From Fistulifera solaris (Eukaryota), in assembly GCA_030295235.1 (NCBI GenBank), contig AP026130.1, forward strand, positions 372,001-436,000: a stretch of DNA of 64,000 nucleotides, given 5' to 3'. The position numbers and the translations under genes are program-made. Shown piece after piece: positions 38,634 through 51,570 of this stretch; position 1 is the stretch's first letter, and the number at the start of each line of letters is the position of its first letter. The notes under the pieces were generated by a model. The model was not told where the DNA came from. It made no database searches and was given only the letters and a program-made list of their open reading frames with translations.

Positions 38634-38992
38634 ACTTTTTCAAATTAATTCAAACCATCATAGGGCGTTATTAGAATGAATAATTCGGAGTGAGTAGTCA
38701 GGTTAGTAGACTGTGGAATGAGGAATGGAGGAGTCCCGAGAGGAACGAGGAACGCTTTCTTTGTTAGACTGTAAGCTGAAGTGTACTTGAGCGTCCAATC
38801 AATCTTCAGCCAAACAATGGGCAGATGGTTTGTACTTTTGCGTTAGTGTTGCTAGTTGCATAGAAGATGAAGTTTTTGCAAGCTGCAAGCAAACATTCCG
38901 ATCAAGTCCATCATCCATCATCACTTGGGATTGATGTTGATTGTCAAATAAAGACATTTTCTCGTACATTTATTTAGATGATATTTAAACAG

Positions 38993-39834
38993 CATGTCAC
39001 AAGGGTTACTTGGGTCCTTCTGCTGCTTTGGCGCGGAGCTGCACCTTTACTCCAACTCTCGCAGGGATCCGTCGGGACGCTTCGTCGATTCTAAAGTCTT
39101 CGAGCACCGCGGACAACTCCGACACCAAAGACGACATGCTGAACGGCCACAGACAGGTCGTGAAAACAATCAAGTCTATTCTCTTTGATAACCTTTACGC
39201 CGGAACGACCTTGGACCGCTCTTACGCTCGTTTCTACGCCCTAGAAACAATTGCACGAATGCCTTATTTTGCCTACACGAGCGTTTTGCACTTTTTAGAA
39301 ACCACAGGAAAGTGGCGCCAAGCGGATCGACTTGCGCTACATTTTGCGGAGACTTGGAACGAACTACACCATCTTCTGATCATGGAAGAATTGCTCACGC
39401 AAAGTAAAAATCCGACGCAGGATCAGATTCCTTTCCGTGACCGATTCGTTGCGCAGCATGTAGCTTTCTTTTATTTTTGGTTTGCCGTGGGTTTGTATTT
39501 AGTACGACCCGATGCGGCATATAGTCTGAATCAAGCTGTTGAGGAAGAAGCATATGCCACGTACGATGCTTTCTTGAAGGAGCGCGAGGATTATCTGAAG
39601 AGTCAGCCGGCTCCTGAAGTTGCCATCAACTACTACAACGGAAGCGGACAGGACATGTTCGATCGCATGTCAAAGGCTTTAGCCATTGGAAAGATCGACT
39701 GCGCAACATCCTCGCGTCGAGTTGAGTGCAAGACGTTGTACGATTGCTTCGTTGCGATTCGAGATGATGAACTAGAGCACAGCCAAACGATGGAGCTTTT
39801 GAAGCGGGAGCCTTTCGAGCTTGACCAGTCATGA
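38993..39834 (+). CDS. PTOX: Plastid terminal oxidase (alternative oxidase family); 5' exon not resolved
   Basis: RFYALETIARMPYFAY.SVLH..ET.G, HFAETWNELHHLLIMEEL, EEEAYATY and IRDDELEH diiron motifs; CAG acceptor-like site at 38990-38992. Confidence 0.9.
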
Positions 39835-39999
39835 TAATTCAGGGTAGTGGGTATTGACCACGATGATTTTCGGCAGGATAAGGTATACTAACTCAAGGAA
39901 TTGTATTGTAATTACCGAGATATCATTCAATAAGCTAAGTTTGAATATGCAACATCCATAATATTTCATATTGGCAAGGGAACCGGTGCATTGTTTGGC

Positions 40000-41488
40000 T
40001 TAACGAAGGTCAATGTCATCGTCTTCGAGACTCGCCTCGTCATCATCGAAATTAAGAGCATCGAGCTCATCTTGCAAATTGTCCGTATTCTCCACGGCGT
40101 GCTCGTCTGCATCATTTTCGTAGCCCGTTTTCTGTTTCAGTAAATCGTTTAGGGATGTCTCCGGAGCTTTCGGTGCTTCGGGCTTTGTCGCTTTCTCCTT
40201 TTTAGCTGAAGAGCTACTTTTCGAGGAATTCTTCTTCGAGGGTACTTCGTCTCCAGGCAGCTTCTTTCTTGCTACACCCGACAAACGCAATTCCGTAACT
40301 AGAGTGCGCAATGATTCGTGTAGATTAGCCAGAGCCGCACGGTTCGAGCCGGTAGGATCACGAGCTTCTTCAAGAGCATCACCGTCTCTGATCTTTACAG
40401 CTCGGAAGAGCTCTTCCGAGAGCTTACACTCTCTGCTAGAAAGATAAGGCGTGTTCTGACAATGTCTGTTCAAAAAGCATTCTTCAGCCCCAACTGGGTC
40501 ACCCTGCGCTAGCATCAAGATTGTCTCTGTGCAATATGCTCGACCCAGGGATAACGTTGACACACCATCTCGCTCTAATAAAGTCGAGGCTGCTCCAGCG
40601 GCATAAAGCGCAGAAGGGTATTCGCCCTGCTGCACAAGCATATGGACTACTTGTTGCAAAGGCTCATGGGAGTAAGACCGGGTCGCAATGTGAGACTCAG
40701 CCAATTGTATGCTTTGAGGAGAAGCAGTCTCAACTGTTTCATTATCCGTGATAAATGCCGATCGACCTGTTTGGCGATAGCGTGCGTACGGATTGAATAG
40801 ATCAGGAACAAAGGCTTCAACAGCTTCTTCAAGGGCAGTGAGTGCATCTTTTGAGATCATAACTGAGGTATCGCCATTCATATTAGTGGTTCCAACAATG
40901 GAGAGTGCTGCTTTGATCTGCGTTTCTGCTGCCTTCGCTGTTTCTCCCATTTGCGTCCACGCTTCCGCAGCTTTCTTATACATATCAGAGGCATCGCGTC
41001 GCGATTGTTCCACGTCCATATCCTCGTCAGATTCGAGCAAAAGCTCTGCGGCTCTCGTAAAATCACTAGCTGCGGAAGCCCAAGCTTGTACTGTCATATT
41101 ACATTCTCCAGACTGCACGCGGAAAAGCCGTTCGAGACGAGGTTCTTGAGCTATCTGATAACAGTCAGCGGCACGTTTATAAAAAGTAGAGGCTGCGACT
41201 GGATCTGGTGACGTAAAAAAGCCGCTCTCCATGGCTTTGCTGGCCTTCTTTTATAGTCTTCAGCCTCTTTCATTTTCGCCGCCTTCACCTCTTCGGAGAT
41301 TCTGGGTTTGGCGGTCGCGCTCCGTGCCTGATACCCACGACTCGGGGCAGACGCTGTCGCAACTGTCGGTGCCGATGTGGACGGTGTAGCGGCGGGTTTG
41401 GCGCTTCGACTTTTTGGTGCAGGTCCTTTACTAGCGGCACCTCCAAAGAGGGCGTCGCGGTTCGCATTAGCATTCTTTTGTAACTCAT
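40000..41488 (-). CDS. Gamma-SNAP-like TPR protein (two apparent A-run frameshifts at the 5' end)
   Basis: FFTSPDPVAASTFYKRAADCY, TPR-like helices and an acidic C-terminus ending EDDDIDLR. Confidence 0.65.
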
Positions 41489-42078
41489 TTAAGAAAGGCT
41501 CTATAACGAAACAGAATATTGCGGTGTTAAACAAAGTTGTCGTAGGTGAATGAATAATAGACAAACAAACCAAATTTCGAGTATTTGGAAGCAGCTTATT
41601 ATTCAGTCGTCTTTTTGTGCCCCCATGGTCATTGCACTCGCGTCGCAAAAACAAAAAACGCTCGCGTTGCGTCACGAATGACGAGTCCCGCACAATGAGT
41701 TTAACACTTAACACGCGGCTCCTGCTTTAACGTTACAAGAAGTTAACGAGGGTACAGTAACTAAATTAGAACCACATCAACTAATTTCAAGCAAGATTTC
41801 AAGGTATTCAACACAACACTGGAAATGAATAATTCTTTTTGATATCGCATAAACCGTATCGAGTATGGTTACGTGCCTGATATGAAAAGTCTATTAGACT
41901 ACTATACGGAATAAATAAACAGAGGGTGAGGCTAAGGATACAATAGAAATTGAAAACGACCATGTTAATTTCACCTAATAGCCACAAACTTATCGATCTT
42001 GTCCTGTGAAATAGCGTGATGTTCACACCCTTCGCAGTCCCAATTCGAGCTAACATCCAAAACTATTGAGTAAGATAA

Positions 42079-44290
42079 TTAGTGAAAATCGAAAGGATTT
42101 CCCTTTGGAGATGCTGGAGACTCCATCTGCGTAGGTGGCGACTGCTGGGACTGAAAGCCATTGGGCTGACGTTGAAATTGTTGCTGAACCAACATAGGAC
42201 CGCCGTGACCTTGAGGCAGCTGATGCTGCATGAACGCATGATTCGGAACTTGACTATTAAAAGGCATTTGCATTTGGGGCATGTTTTGAAAGTGCGGCAT
42301 TGGTTGCTGTTGAAACTGCGGCTGGAGAGACATTTGATTTGGGTAGGATGGGGCTGACGGCTCGCTCGCTTGCATTACCAGAGTGGCGGGCGACTGAAAG
42401 GCATTAGGAGACGGCAGAGAGTCACTATTGAGCTGAACAGTTTCCTTGTTCAGAGTACTTGGACTAGGAATTCCAGCAAAGGCATCAGTAGCATTCGGAC
42501 CTGCTATGTTTTGCGTCGAAAATGAGGGCGGATGCTGTGTTGCTGGTGGTTGCTGAATAGATGTCGGGTTGCTTGTATGAGTCGCACTTGACGCGGTGCT
42601 GTTCGTGTTGCCACCACTAGTGGAAGCGATAGAAGATGACTGAACTGGAACGGCAATAGTAGCAAATGCATCACCGGGAGAATTCTGAGATGACAGACCT
42701 TTGGCAAAATTCAATACGTTTTGTAGCTGCTCGGTCGATAGCGTCTTCAACACATCGGTAACTTGGCTCAAAAGTGAGCTGTCACCATCACGAGGATACA
42801 AATCAGCGTCAAGATGAGATTCATCCGTTTGCTTCTCTTTTCCGTTCACATGTATAGTGTAGTAAGGCTTTAATTCATCATCAAGATGAACCTTTACAAT
42901 TTCAGCCTCCCCTGAATAGCTCGAGCTCTTATAGTACACCCTTTGTCCTTCCTTATACTTGCCAAGATCTTTCGTCTCAGCTTTCACACTGTTTCCCACC
43001 TGAGGTGACTTTTCTAAGTGGAAGTCCATTGCAGAAATCGCATCGGCAGCCGAAGTAGCGCTCACTGACGGCTGCAAGCCTTGATTCAACTGAGACATAT
43101 TGAATGACTGATTTTGCTGCTGAAAAGTAGGAACCACATTTGGCTGCATTGGTTGGTTTACGACTTGGTGCTCACCGAAGGCCTGCTGGGGAATCGCGTC
43201 TTGTAAAGCATCGGAAAAATCCCCAAATTCTGGCTGACCAGATGACTGATTTATGGCAGCTGCATTTTTGTCCTTGGTATTGTGGCTGAGTGATCTGGTG
43301 TGTCATGTAAGGTTGGCTCAAATGTTCAAACTGCGAAACGCTTTGCAAAGCTTGCTGTGGCTGTCCCAGTGGCTGGTTTGGTACCTGTAAGTGCTGCTGT
43401 GTCTGACTTGACGGACCGTGCTGCGGTTGCACAGGCGGTTGCACAGGCTGTTGCGCAAATGGGTCTGATGCTTGCGAAGTAGGAACAATTTGTTGAAAGG
43501 GATCTGGCTGGCTTTGACGAGCCTGCGCAGAGCCGAAATCTGCCGGAAAAGCCTCTGGCTGTGCCGATGTGGGAGAGGGAAAGTTTGCGAAATTCGCTTC
43601 AAACGCAGGTTGTTCTACACTCGGATTAGCGTTGTTGCCAAAAGCGTCCCACTGCTGTTGTTGCGTCGGTTGTTGTTGCTGTTTTCCTGAATCAAAATCC
43701 GCAAACAAGTCGACCGCCGCTTGTCGAGAAGGCGTCTTACGTTGAGGAGGCGGGGGATTGTTTGAAGCGGGTATCTGAACCACAGTCGGTTGGGGTTCCG
43801 CCGGTCGTTGCTGCCGTCGCTGTGCGGGCGCTGGTTGCGGTGGTTCACTACCGCCTCCTCCATACCACGCACGGTCCTTGTACTTTCGATGAATCCACGC
43901 GCGCACCATGTTAGGATCGCGATTATCCATAGGACGCCGCAGTCTTTCCGTTGACGGACTGTACCTCGCCATGTACAAGGCGTTGATCTGATCGTTGTCG
44001 GTCGCCTTGAGCTGCTCGGCTTCTTCGGCCGTAAAACTACTGTGCCCGACGCTCTTGATGCGCGCATTCGATTCGCGATGAACACCGGCACAAGTCATGC
44101 AGATGAAAGTTCCAACTGTCAAATTGACACACGATGGCAGCTTAGAAGAGCAATCGGCGCATTTCTTATTCGCTGGCACGCGTTGGAGCTGCCGAATGAC
44201 CTCATCGGGGGAAACGTTGTCCGTCTTGCGGCGGTTAGCGGCTGTGGCTCGGCGAGCTGCCCCGCTCGAACTTCCAGGAGGCGAAAGCAT
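42079..44290 (-). CDS. ArfGAP protein (AGFG/HRB-like) with a Q/P-rich tail; frameshift near 43268
   Basis: NKKCADC..GTFICMTCAGVHR Zn finger, WIHRKYKDRAW, DLFADF/WDAF motifs and a terminal GNPFDFH. Confidence 0.88.
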
Positions 44291-44647
44291 GAAAGGGTTC
44301 TTAAGCTAGCTTTATAAATACTGTTGAGATATTTTTTTAAAAATAAAGCTCGCCACCGTCACCCGTGTTATGTTATTTCGAATGAGTTCGACCGCGCCTC
44401 ATCGTCGCCGCGTCGCGTGCATGATCTCTTGCGATTATTACCCCGGACCCCGGAGTACTATAGTAAAAATGTTTGAACGCTTTGCGACGTAGTGACTTTT
44501 TGTACTTAGTCTTGACCGACGGGGGACGGACGGCGGTCGCATTTTCGCAACGCAAAACCATCGGAAACTTTGCAAGCTACAAAAAAAGCAAAACTGACAA
44601 TGGCGTTCTTCCTAACATTCCAAATCAATGAAAGCGAGGTATAAAAC

Positions 44648-45193
44648 ATGGTAAACGGTCAAACTGTAAAAGTATTACCTAAAAAGACCTCATCAAGCCA
44701 AAGGCGACCGGTTGTAGTGATAAATAGCGGGCAAGCATTCCCCCTTTCTGCGAAACCCTCGATATCAGTGCGGACGCATGAGAAGCAATCCGCGCCGACC
44801 AGCAAGAGTAATAAGACACCCGAATTCGACTTTTCGCAAGCATCACAGGAAATAAGACACTTTGGATCCAAACAATTTGCTGGAAAATCGAAAAAAGAGT
44901 ACGAGGACGAGCAATACTTCAAATTGACGGGACGAAAACGCAAGAAACATCAAGTCCCCTTGCCGATCGTCCGAGGAATCAAGAAGAAAGCCGCCGAACG
45001 AGAGGCCAGGGCCCGCGAAGAAGCGAAGCAAGCTGGAATCGTGCTTCCGCAACCTAAGAAAGCCAAGAAGGAGTATGACAATACGACACGGGTACACGGG
45101 CCTGCTCCTAGCGTCGGTTTTATGAAAAAGGTATTCTTCGAGTCAAGGACAAAGTTTGATTGTATGATAATACGATTATATGATCGTACATAA
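44648..45193 (+). CDS. DUF4602/C1orf131-like basic protein (putative 40S processome factor)
   Basis: EIRHFGSKQFAGKSKKEYEDEQYFKLTGRKRKKHQVPLPIVRGIKKK pattern; both ends uncertain. Confidence 0.55.
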   Translation: MVNGQTVKVLPKKTSSSQRRPVVVINSGQAFPLSAKPSISVRTHEKQSAPTSKSNKTPEFDFSQASQEIRHFGSKQFAGKSKKEYEDEQYFKLTGRKRKKHQVPLPIVRGIKKKAAEREARAREEAKQAGIVLPQPKKAKKEYDNTTRVHGPAPSVGFMKKVFFESRTKFDCMIIRLYDRT

Positions 45194-45266
45194 AGATAAG
45201 ATAAACGATTTTTATTCCACCAAGAATTTTCTATACAGGTAGTTCTGAGACGTATTCTAGATGCAT

Positions 45267-46637
45267 CTATTTCGTCCTCTGCCGTTTTCTATGCTTTTCG
45301 CTTGCTACGCTTCCTTCGGTATCATTGTCGTCACAACCATCTGCAGTTCGAAATAATAATGCACCTTCTTCTTCATCTGAAAAATCGTCGTCTTCGGCGT
45401 CAGCGCCGTTCTCTATTTCATTGGAACCCTCGTCGTAGTCATCCGAGTACTCACCGTACCCGGACTGCTCTGCTTTTAACATTAGTTCCATCATCTCTTC
45501 TTCTTCACTTTCGTCAAGCTCATTTGTTTGGGCATCTTCTTTCATAGCTTCAACGTATTCGAACGCCACTTTATGCCAGTACGTCTTCTCCAATTTGTCC
45601 TCCATACTTTTGCAGAGCTCAAAACAAGCTTTTAACATGCTTTTACTCAGCTGAAACCGCTGATGGTAAATAATCAATTGCGCACAGACCAGCAAGAGTC
45701 GAATCGAAAATGGTGGCAATCGGGCATCCGTAAAGTATGCCGGGTCCACGTAAGGTTTTTCAAACGAAGGATCGCTACATACGAAAGAGATTGCAGCACG
45801 TGGAGTGGCTTCCGGATCTTTAATCGAGCCCCAATGAATGATGCGATGCGTAAATAGAATCGATTGACCCGAGTCTCGCGGCATGGCCCGAATCCTTTGA
45901 AATGCTTCTTTATTCGGCAAAGCCAACGACAGCGGGTCCTTTTCGTCTTCATCACCTTTTGTATAACCCGGATCGTGATCTTTCGGAATCATGTAGAGAC
46001 AGCTATTTGAGGTTGTAGCTGGAGTCAGAGCAATCCAATGCGTCGCAAATTTCGCTTCCCCATCGGGATGAAACGATGATGCCACATCTTCCGGTTGTCG
46101 ATCACGATGAGGCGAGAATCCACCTTCATCAATATACCAAGCGAGAAGGTCATAGTGAAACGGGTTTGACGTAGATTTTTCCAGTAATCGACGCGAATAA
46201 CGAGCCAAATGCCATGTTTCATCAAACAGAAATATGAAGGACGCTGGATACGATGCTTCCACCAGCTTCTCGACGCCATCTTTTAGCGCAACAACTATTG
46301 CATTAGGCAGAGACTGATCCACTAAAGCATATCCTTTCGACAAAAGATCCGTTTTGTAATTCTGTGAATGAGACCAGAAGGCATCATCGGAGACGTATTT
46401 TGCTTCCTGGCTATCATCTTCGACGGAAAGGTGCTCACATATCTTATTCCAATACTCAGGCTTTTCCCATTCCTCTCGATTTTCGCTAGTGAGTTGCTGC
46501 ATTTGTTTCCCTTGAACGCTGATTTGGATTGTTATAACTTGTTGGATCGACGATGCTGCGTTTGTTGCGCAAAACCGTCGTGTTATTCTTTGTTCGATCT
46601 CGTCATCGGGGTCGAGGAATAATTTTGTTGGTGGCAT
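45267..46637 (-). CDS. PhyH-like 2OG-Fe(II) dioxygenase with an acidic tail
   Basis: GFSPHRD (HxD), THWIALTPATTSNSCLYMIP, HRIIHWGS and RAAISF. Confidence 0.8.
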   Translation of the reverse strand: MPPTKLFLDPDDEIEQRITRRFCATNAASSIQQVITIQISVQGKQMQQLTSENREEWEKPEYWNKICEHLSVEDDSQEAKYVSDDAFWSHSQNYKTDLLSKGYALVDQSLPNAIVVALKDGVEKLVEASYPASFIFLFDETWHLARYSRRLLEKSTSNPFHYDLLAWYIDEGGFSPHRDRQPEDVASSFHPDGEAKFATHWIALTPATTSNSCLYMIPKDHDPGYTKGDEDEKDPLSLALPNKEAFQRIRAMPRDSGQSILFTHRIIHWGSIKDPEATPRAAISFVCSDPSFEKPYVDPAYFTDARLPPFSIRLLLVCAQLIIYHQRFQLSKSMLKACFELCKSMEDKLEKTYWHKVAFEYVEAMKEDAQTNELDESEEEEMMELMLKAEQSGYGEYSDDYDEGSNEIENGADAEDDDFSDEEEGALLFRTADGCDDNDTEGSVASEKHRKRQRTK

Positions 46638-46861
46638 TTTACTGAGTACTAGTGGCTTACAAAAGAGATCATAAAACTGTCATAGCGGCAACCGATTGTG
46701 TATATTTTTGATACCAAGCATTTACCGGTGCGATACGTGCGATACGTCTGATTTCCGTATTATTACTCGTATTTTACTGCGATGACACCACCATTATGGT
46801 TTGCTAAATCCGAAGCAGCAAACGAAACGCAGCGTGTGTGTTCACTTTTCGTAAACATAGA

Positions 46862-48412
46862 ATGAAGGGCTGGAAAGCAGTTCTAGGATGCTCGTACGAG
46901 TCTCTCGCACTCTTCCGTATTTTATTGGGCAGTCTTTTGCTCCTCGAACTCGTTTTACGTTTCCGTTTTCTTCATCCATTTTACAGCGATGAAGGAACAT
47001 TACCGCTCTCCTTACTTTTAGAAAAAGTTGACAGTCTTTACAAAATAGTCTGCATTCACTGTCATTTCGGGAGCCTGTTCGAACAGCAAGTATTGCTATC
47101 AGTGCAAGTCTTGGTCGCATTTCTCTTCACGATCGGATTTCGCACGCAATGGACGTCGATCATTTCTTGGTATCTGTATTTAAGTCTTACACTACGAAAC
47201 ACGTGGATGAGTTACATTTTGGATCGGTATTTCCACTACCTGCTCTTTCTCTCTATCTTTCTACCCATCGGAGAATGTTGGGGTGTATCATCGTCGCGAG
47301 GAAAGGCGCCAGCTCAGCGTTTGGTCATCTCTCCCGGAACCGTCGCCTTCAAGGCCCTCGTGGTCTGGATCTATATCGATGCGGGGTATGGAAAGTATTG
47401 CGACCCTTTGGGCGGTTGGTTCTACAACGCCGACCCATTGCCTGCATTGGATACTTACGCGAGGCACACCTTGCCAGCGCAGTACCTGTATGCGCTCATT
47501 GGACCTCCTGGATTGCGTCTCTTGACCCCGATCGTTTTGTACGTGGAGATTTTTGCAGCTCCTTTAGCAATATTGGGAAGTTTCTTGGGAAGTAAGCGGA
47601 TTATCTATACCGCCATTGCTCTTATTTGTTCACTGCACATCGGTATTGCCATTACTTTACGAAATGCAGCTCTTCTATCGTTTGTCGCTTGTGTGGCCTG
47701 GTGCGCATTCCTGCCGTTAGGCTGGAATAACATCGAGACAGAGGGTCAGTCTCGTGACGATCAAGCCCAGAATACGAAACGGAGCAGTATTTCAGGTTCA
47801 TCGCTTGCAGGGCAAATCTTCTCTTTATTGTGCATTCTAACAATGGTATGCGGAAATATTTGGCTCGAAACGATCAGCAGAGCTTGCGATCAGAGCGTCA
47901 AACACATCTGGAGCACTTTACTACACAATAGATGGAATGTGTTTGTGGGTGCCGAAGAATATGTTACGTGGGAGATTGCACCGGGTCAATTACGCGATGG
48001 ATCCATTGTGGACGTGTGGGGCAAGAAAATGGAAGTCGATTGGCGACTGCCTGGCTCGGGAGCCCCGTGTACAGCAACAGGACGACCAGGACGATGGCGC
48101 TCATTCCCATATCTAGCTGGGTTGGAAGGCGAAGACGGAGATGCTTTATGGAGATACCTTTGTTGGGAGTGGAATAATCAGCACGTGGTGGATGGTCACC
48201 ATGAAAAGGAATTGTTAAGGTATAATTTCTTTATGCTACAAGCAGATGTGTTGCCAAACATGGGATTCAGCGCCACACGGAAGCGTTTGATTAAATCCTT
48301 CGAATGCCTGCCAAGCAGTGAAAACGCCGAATCGATTCCTCTCACGGACGAGGCGGGTGATCCTAGCGCTACAGAACCAAAACAGTTCGATGAGATTCAT
48401 GAAGAGCTGTGA
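46862..48412 (+). CDS. HTTM-domain multi-pass membrane protein
   Basis: SLALFRILLG..FYSDEGTLP, IGFRT..RN, LHIGI and RWNVF; C-terminal HEEL ER retention-like signal; no intron. Confidence 0.8.
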   Translation: MKGWKAVLGCSYESLALFRILLGSLLLLELVLRFRFLHPFYSDEGTLPLSLLLEKVDSLYKIVCIHCHFGSLFEQQVLLSVQVLVAFLFTIGFRTQWTSIISWYLYLSLTLRNTWMSYILDRYFHYLLFLSIFLPIGECWGVSSSRGKAPAQRLVISPGTVAFKALVVWIYIDAGYGKYCDPLGGWFYNADPLPALDTYARHTLPAQYLYALIGPPGLRLLTPIVLYVEIFAAPLAILGSFLGSKRIIYTAIALICSLHIGIAITLRNAALLSFVACVAWCAFLPLGWNNIETEGQSRDDQAQNTKRSSISGSSLAGQIFSLLCILTMVCGNIWLETISRACDQSVKHIWSTLLHNRWNVFVGAEEYVTWEIAPGQLRDGSIVDVWGKKMEVDWRLPGSGAPCTATGRPGRWRSFPYLAGLEGEDGDALWRYLCWEWNNQHVVDGHHEKELLRYNFFMLQADVLPNMGFSATRKRLIKSFECLPSSENAESIPLTDEAGDPSATEPKQFDEIHEEL

Positions 48413-48542
48413 GATGAATAATACGGAGTATATTAATAACTGGGCGTCTGCCACATTTACCATGTACAATCTCATGTCAGAGCTGCGTTATTGATGAATT
48501 TAAGTCGCGAAATACAGACCTTATAGAGTCAAATGATCCCTT

Positions 48543-49617
48543 TTAACTGTAGGGATAGAAGCATTGTTGCACATCATCTCTGCAAATCTCGCAAATCTCA
48601 GTAGTGCCTTCACAAAGGGGACATCGACTAAGCTGGTCTGGCCAAAATGGGTTGGGAACTTGAAAGTCATTAATACATAGACCGCCACCTCGATTGACCA
48701 CCAAAATGAGCGTTAACATGGCGATACCAAGGAGAATGTTAAGATAACAGCCCATTCCCAGGTACCATGTGAGAGTATTGTCGGTGAGCTGGTCTTGCTT
48801 GAGCTGGTAATATTTTTGACGAGCTTCACTGAGCTCACGCGACGGAGCATCGGGGTCTTCCCCGTCTTTAACGCTGCGTCTAATTTGTGTCTTACGACCA
48901 ACTTCAACAACTTCTTTGTCTCTCAAAAAAGCCTGTCGAATTTTGAGCCGGTATAGAATGTACTCGCAGATGACTGCCGCAGACTCGACGATCCACATTG
49001 TTAGCGCTTCTCTCAAAGTATCACTGAAAAACATAGCAAACGTGATGGTAAAGCCGATAATTGGGTTGATCACATTGACTGGTAAACCCTTCTGAACCAC
49101 AGGGTAAACTTCCATAAATACTAAACCCAAGTAAACGTAGGTTAAGATGCGAATCATTTCCTTCCAGGGTACTGTGCCGGCAATGTTCAAAATAGGATCA
49201 CCACAACAGTACGTGACATCGGTGAAGGTTGTAATAGCTACAATAGCAGCCACAAAGTCACAAATTAAAGCCATCCATTGAGCCCAAAGTAACCAGTTCT
49301 TGAGCTTAAAAAGATCATCAGGATCTTAGCGTTTCAGTATGTTAGCGAATTCTTTTACGAAAAAAAAAACACGGCAAATTATCTCCCAACGCACACTCAC
49401 CTGCAGGAATACATCGTAGCCAAACCAAGCAACCGGTCATACTCTGTAAACATGGACTAGAAAAGTGTTTTCTATCCTCCTGCCATTGCATAACATCTTC
49501 TCGTAACTCTCCATCTGCGTCGACGAAATGCGAGCGCTCGACGGCGATCACTCCGTGCTTGATGCCCTTCGCTCTGAGGTTGGAGTTGACGAACTTGACA
49601 TCTTTACCGACGCCCAT
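48543..49617 (-). CDS. Hypothetical multi-pass membrane protein with a Cys-rich C-terminus; intron 49325-49400
   Basis: Two ORFs join in frame across GTGAG..AAG; several TM segments; CPLCEG..CEIC..C. Confidence 0.65.
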
Positions 49618-50086
49618 TGTCGATCCTGAGAAATATAACAGAACAAGAAGCGTCTATCAGAAGGCTAGCCACAAATGAATCTTCCTGTTCTTCTTGTCTG
49701 GGATGATGATTTTGTTTGTTTTCTTCAAAAAATCGGGCGTTTCGGGGCAGGTCAATGGTCACTGGGCCCAAAGTTTTGTGGCGGCTTATGACTTTCCAAA
49801 AATCTCTGTAAAATGTACACTATAAGCCATACAGACACTGGTTTTGGCGTCGTCATTCGTTTGGCGTTATGCCACCGTGTTTGAAGTTTGGGACAAGGTC
49901 ATTCTGAATCTCCTACAGTTTCTATTGAATGTATATACTACTGTTCTTGACTATAGTTTCTTGAGTAGTTGGAATGACCACATCTTCTAAAATTCAGAAT
50001 TAATGCAAAGTGCAAAGCGGCAATGAGCGAGATAAGCCGCGTGCTCGTGCTCTCGACTCTGGAGCTAAAGAAGCCGGAAAGCAGTC

Positions 50087-51173
50087 CTAGTTTAGGGTAT
50101 TCGAGACCTTCACGTTATTGCGATTCTTCCTCCGCAACACGTAAAGCTGTTCAAATCCTTTGGTCCCGAATACTCGAACAGGAAGAATATTAGCTAAAAT
50201 CCAATCCCCATTCTCAAGAAAGTCGAAGAACTTGTCATTTGCATTCGCCCCTCCCCTTCCTTCGCCCACGTAAACTACAGTGTCGTTTAACGGCCACGCA
50301 TTTGTATACTCCTCCAAGGCGTTTACTGCCATATCGGAATCCGGCGAAGGATAAACTAGCAACAATATTCTTCCTCGACATTGCCACTGATTCAAAACTT
50401 GATGAATGGACTCACAGGGCTGCACATTATGATAGAAAAAGTCGTGAAATGCCTTTGTTCGAGCATGATACACAGCAGGATTCAAGGGCAATGCACTCAT
50501 GTCGTCAAATGCTAGACAAAACTCAAACGCTTTTTTCGGTGCTCGTTCCGCGTATTCCGACTCTTGATAGCGATCGTTGAGCACACGAGCCCACTGACCG
50601 TTGCCGGCACCAATTTCCACAAAACCGCGAGTCGCCCCCAACCCTAAAAAGCGTTACAATGACCTCCTCAGTCCATCCAGTGCAACCGTATTGCTGTAAA
50701 AAGTTCTGCCGATCCACCGGCATCAAATGCGGCCCGTACAAAATTTCGTACGACTTTTCGACCAGTGATGTGATTTCTTTCTGAGGGTTCTTTCCAGGAT
50801 TTTGCAGTTTTTGCTGCATTTCGGACTGAATTTGCATCAGTTGTTGGTCACATCGGCTTCTTTGACGTTTATGACGCGCTGACAAGGTCAGCGAGGGATC
50901 ATTCGGTAAGATAGTTCGTGGAATGGAGAGGGACGATATCCTCAAGAACGCTAATGTCCGTTGCATGAAAGACGGCCGAATTTCAGGTGCTTGGGTAGGA
51001 GAAGATTGCAGCGATGATTCACACTTGGTTATCGAGTGTACACACCAAGAAATCGATGTTGATGGGTCGTCTTCCGAGGAAGCATGGGCTGACAACCTGT
51101 AATAAGCTCCAACGCAAGCCGTTGCAGACACGAAGTGCAGCACCTTGGGATGATTCAGAAATGCGCAATTCAT
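50087..51173 (-). CDS. Putative class I SAM-dependent methyltransferase-like protein; frameshift near 50643
   Basis: VEIGAGNGQWARVL, LLLVYP and VVYVGEGRGGANA. Confidence 0.7.
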
Positions 51174-51570
51174 TGTTTCATTAGAGAAAACTGTGACAAT
51201 TTCTTTAACAGTTGTTGCCACAATAGCGCTAATAATGACGTCTTGCGTGTCATCGAATGACGATGTGTTGATGTTTTTCTTATTCCTCTTGAAAATACGG
51301 AGTACCTTACTGTCTCCTGTAGAGTAGAGGAAACGATGATAAGATTAGGGTTAATGACAGACGTAGGAGTCCTAACGCCTAACCCTAAATGATAATCATA
51401 GTCCTGAATCGAAATCACGAATGTAATGCGTAAACCTCTTCAGGAGATGATGATACAGCTAAAGCGCATAAATGACTAGAGAATATAATAGAAAAAATGA
51501 CCGGTGCTTTGAATCTATCGCTTCTAACTAAAAGCTTAAGAGAGAAGTTCCCCGAACTCTAGCAAACATT

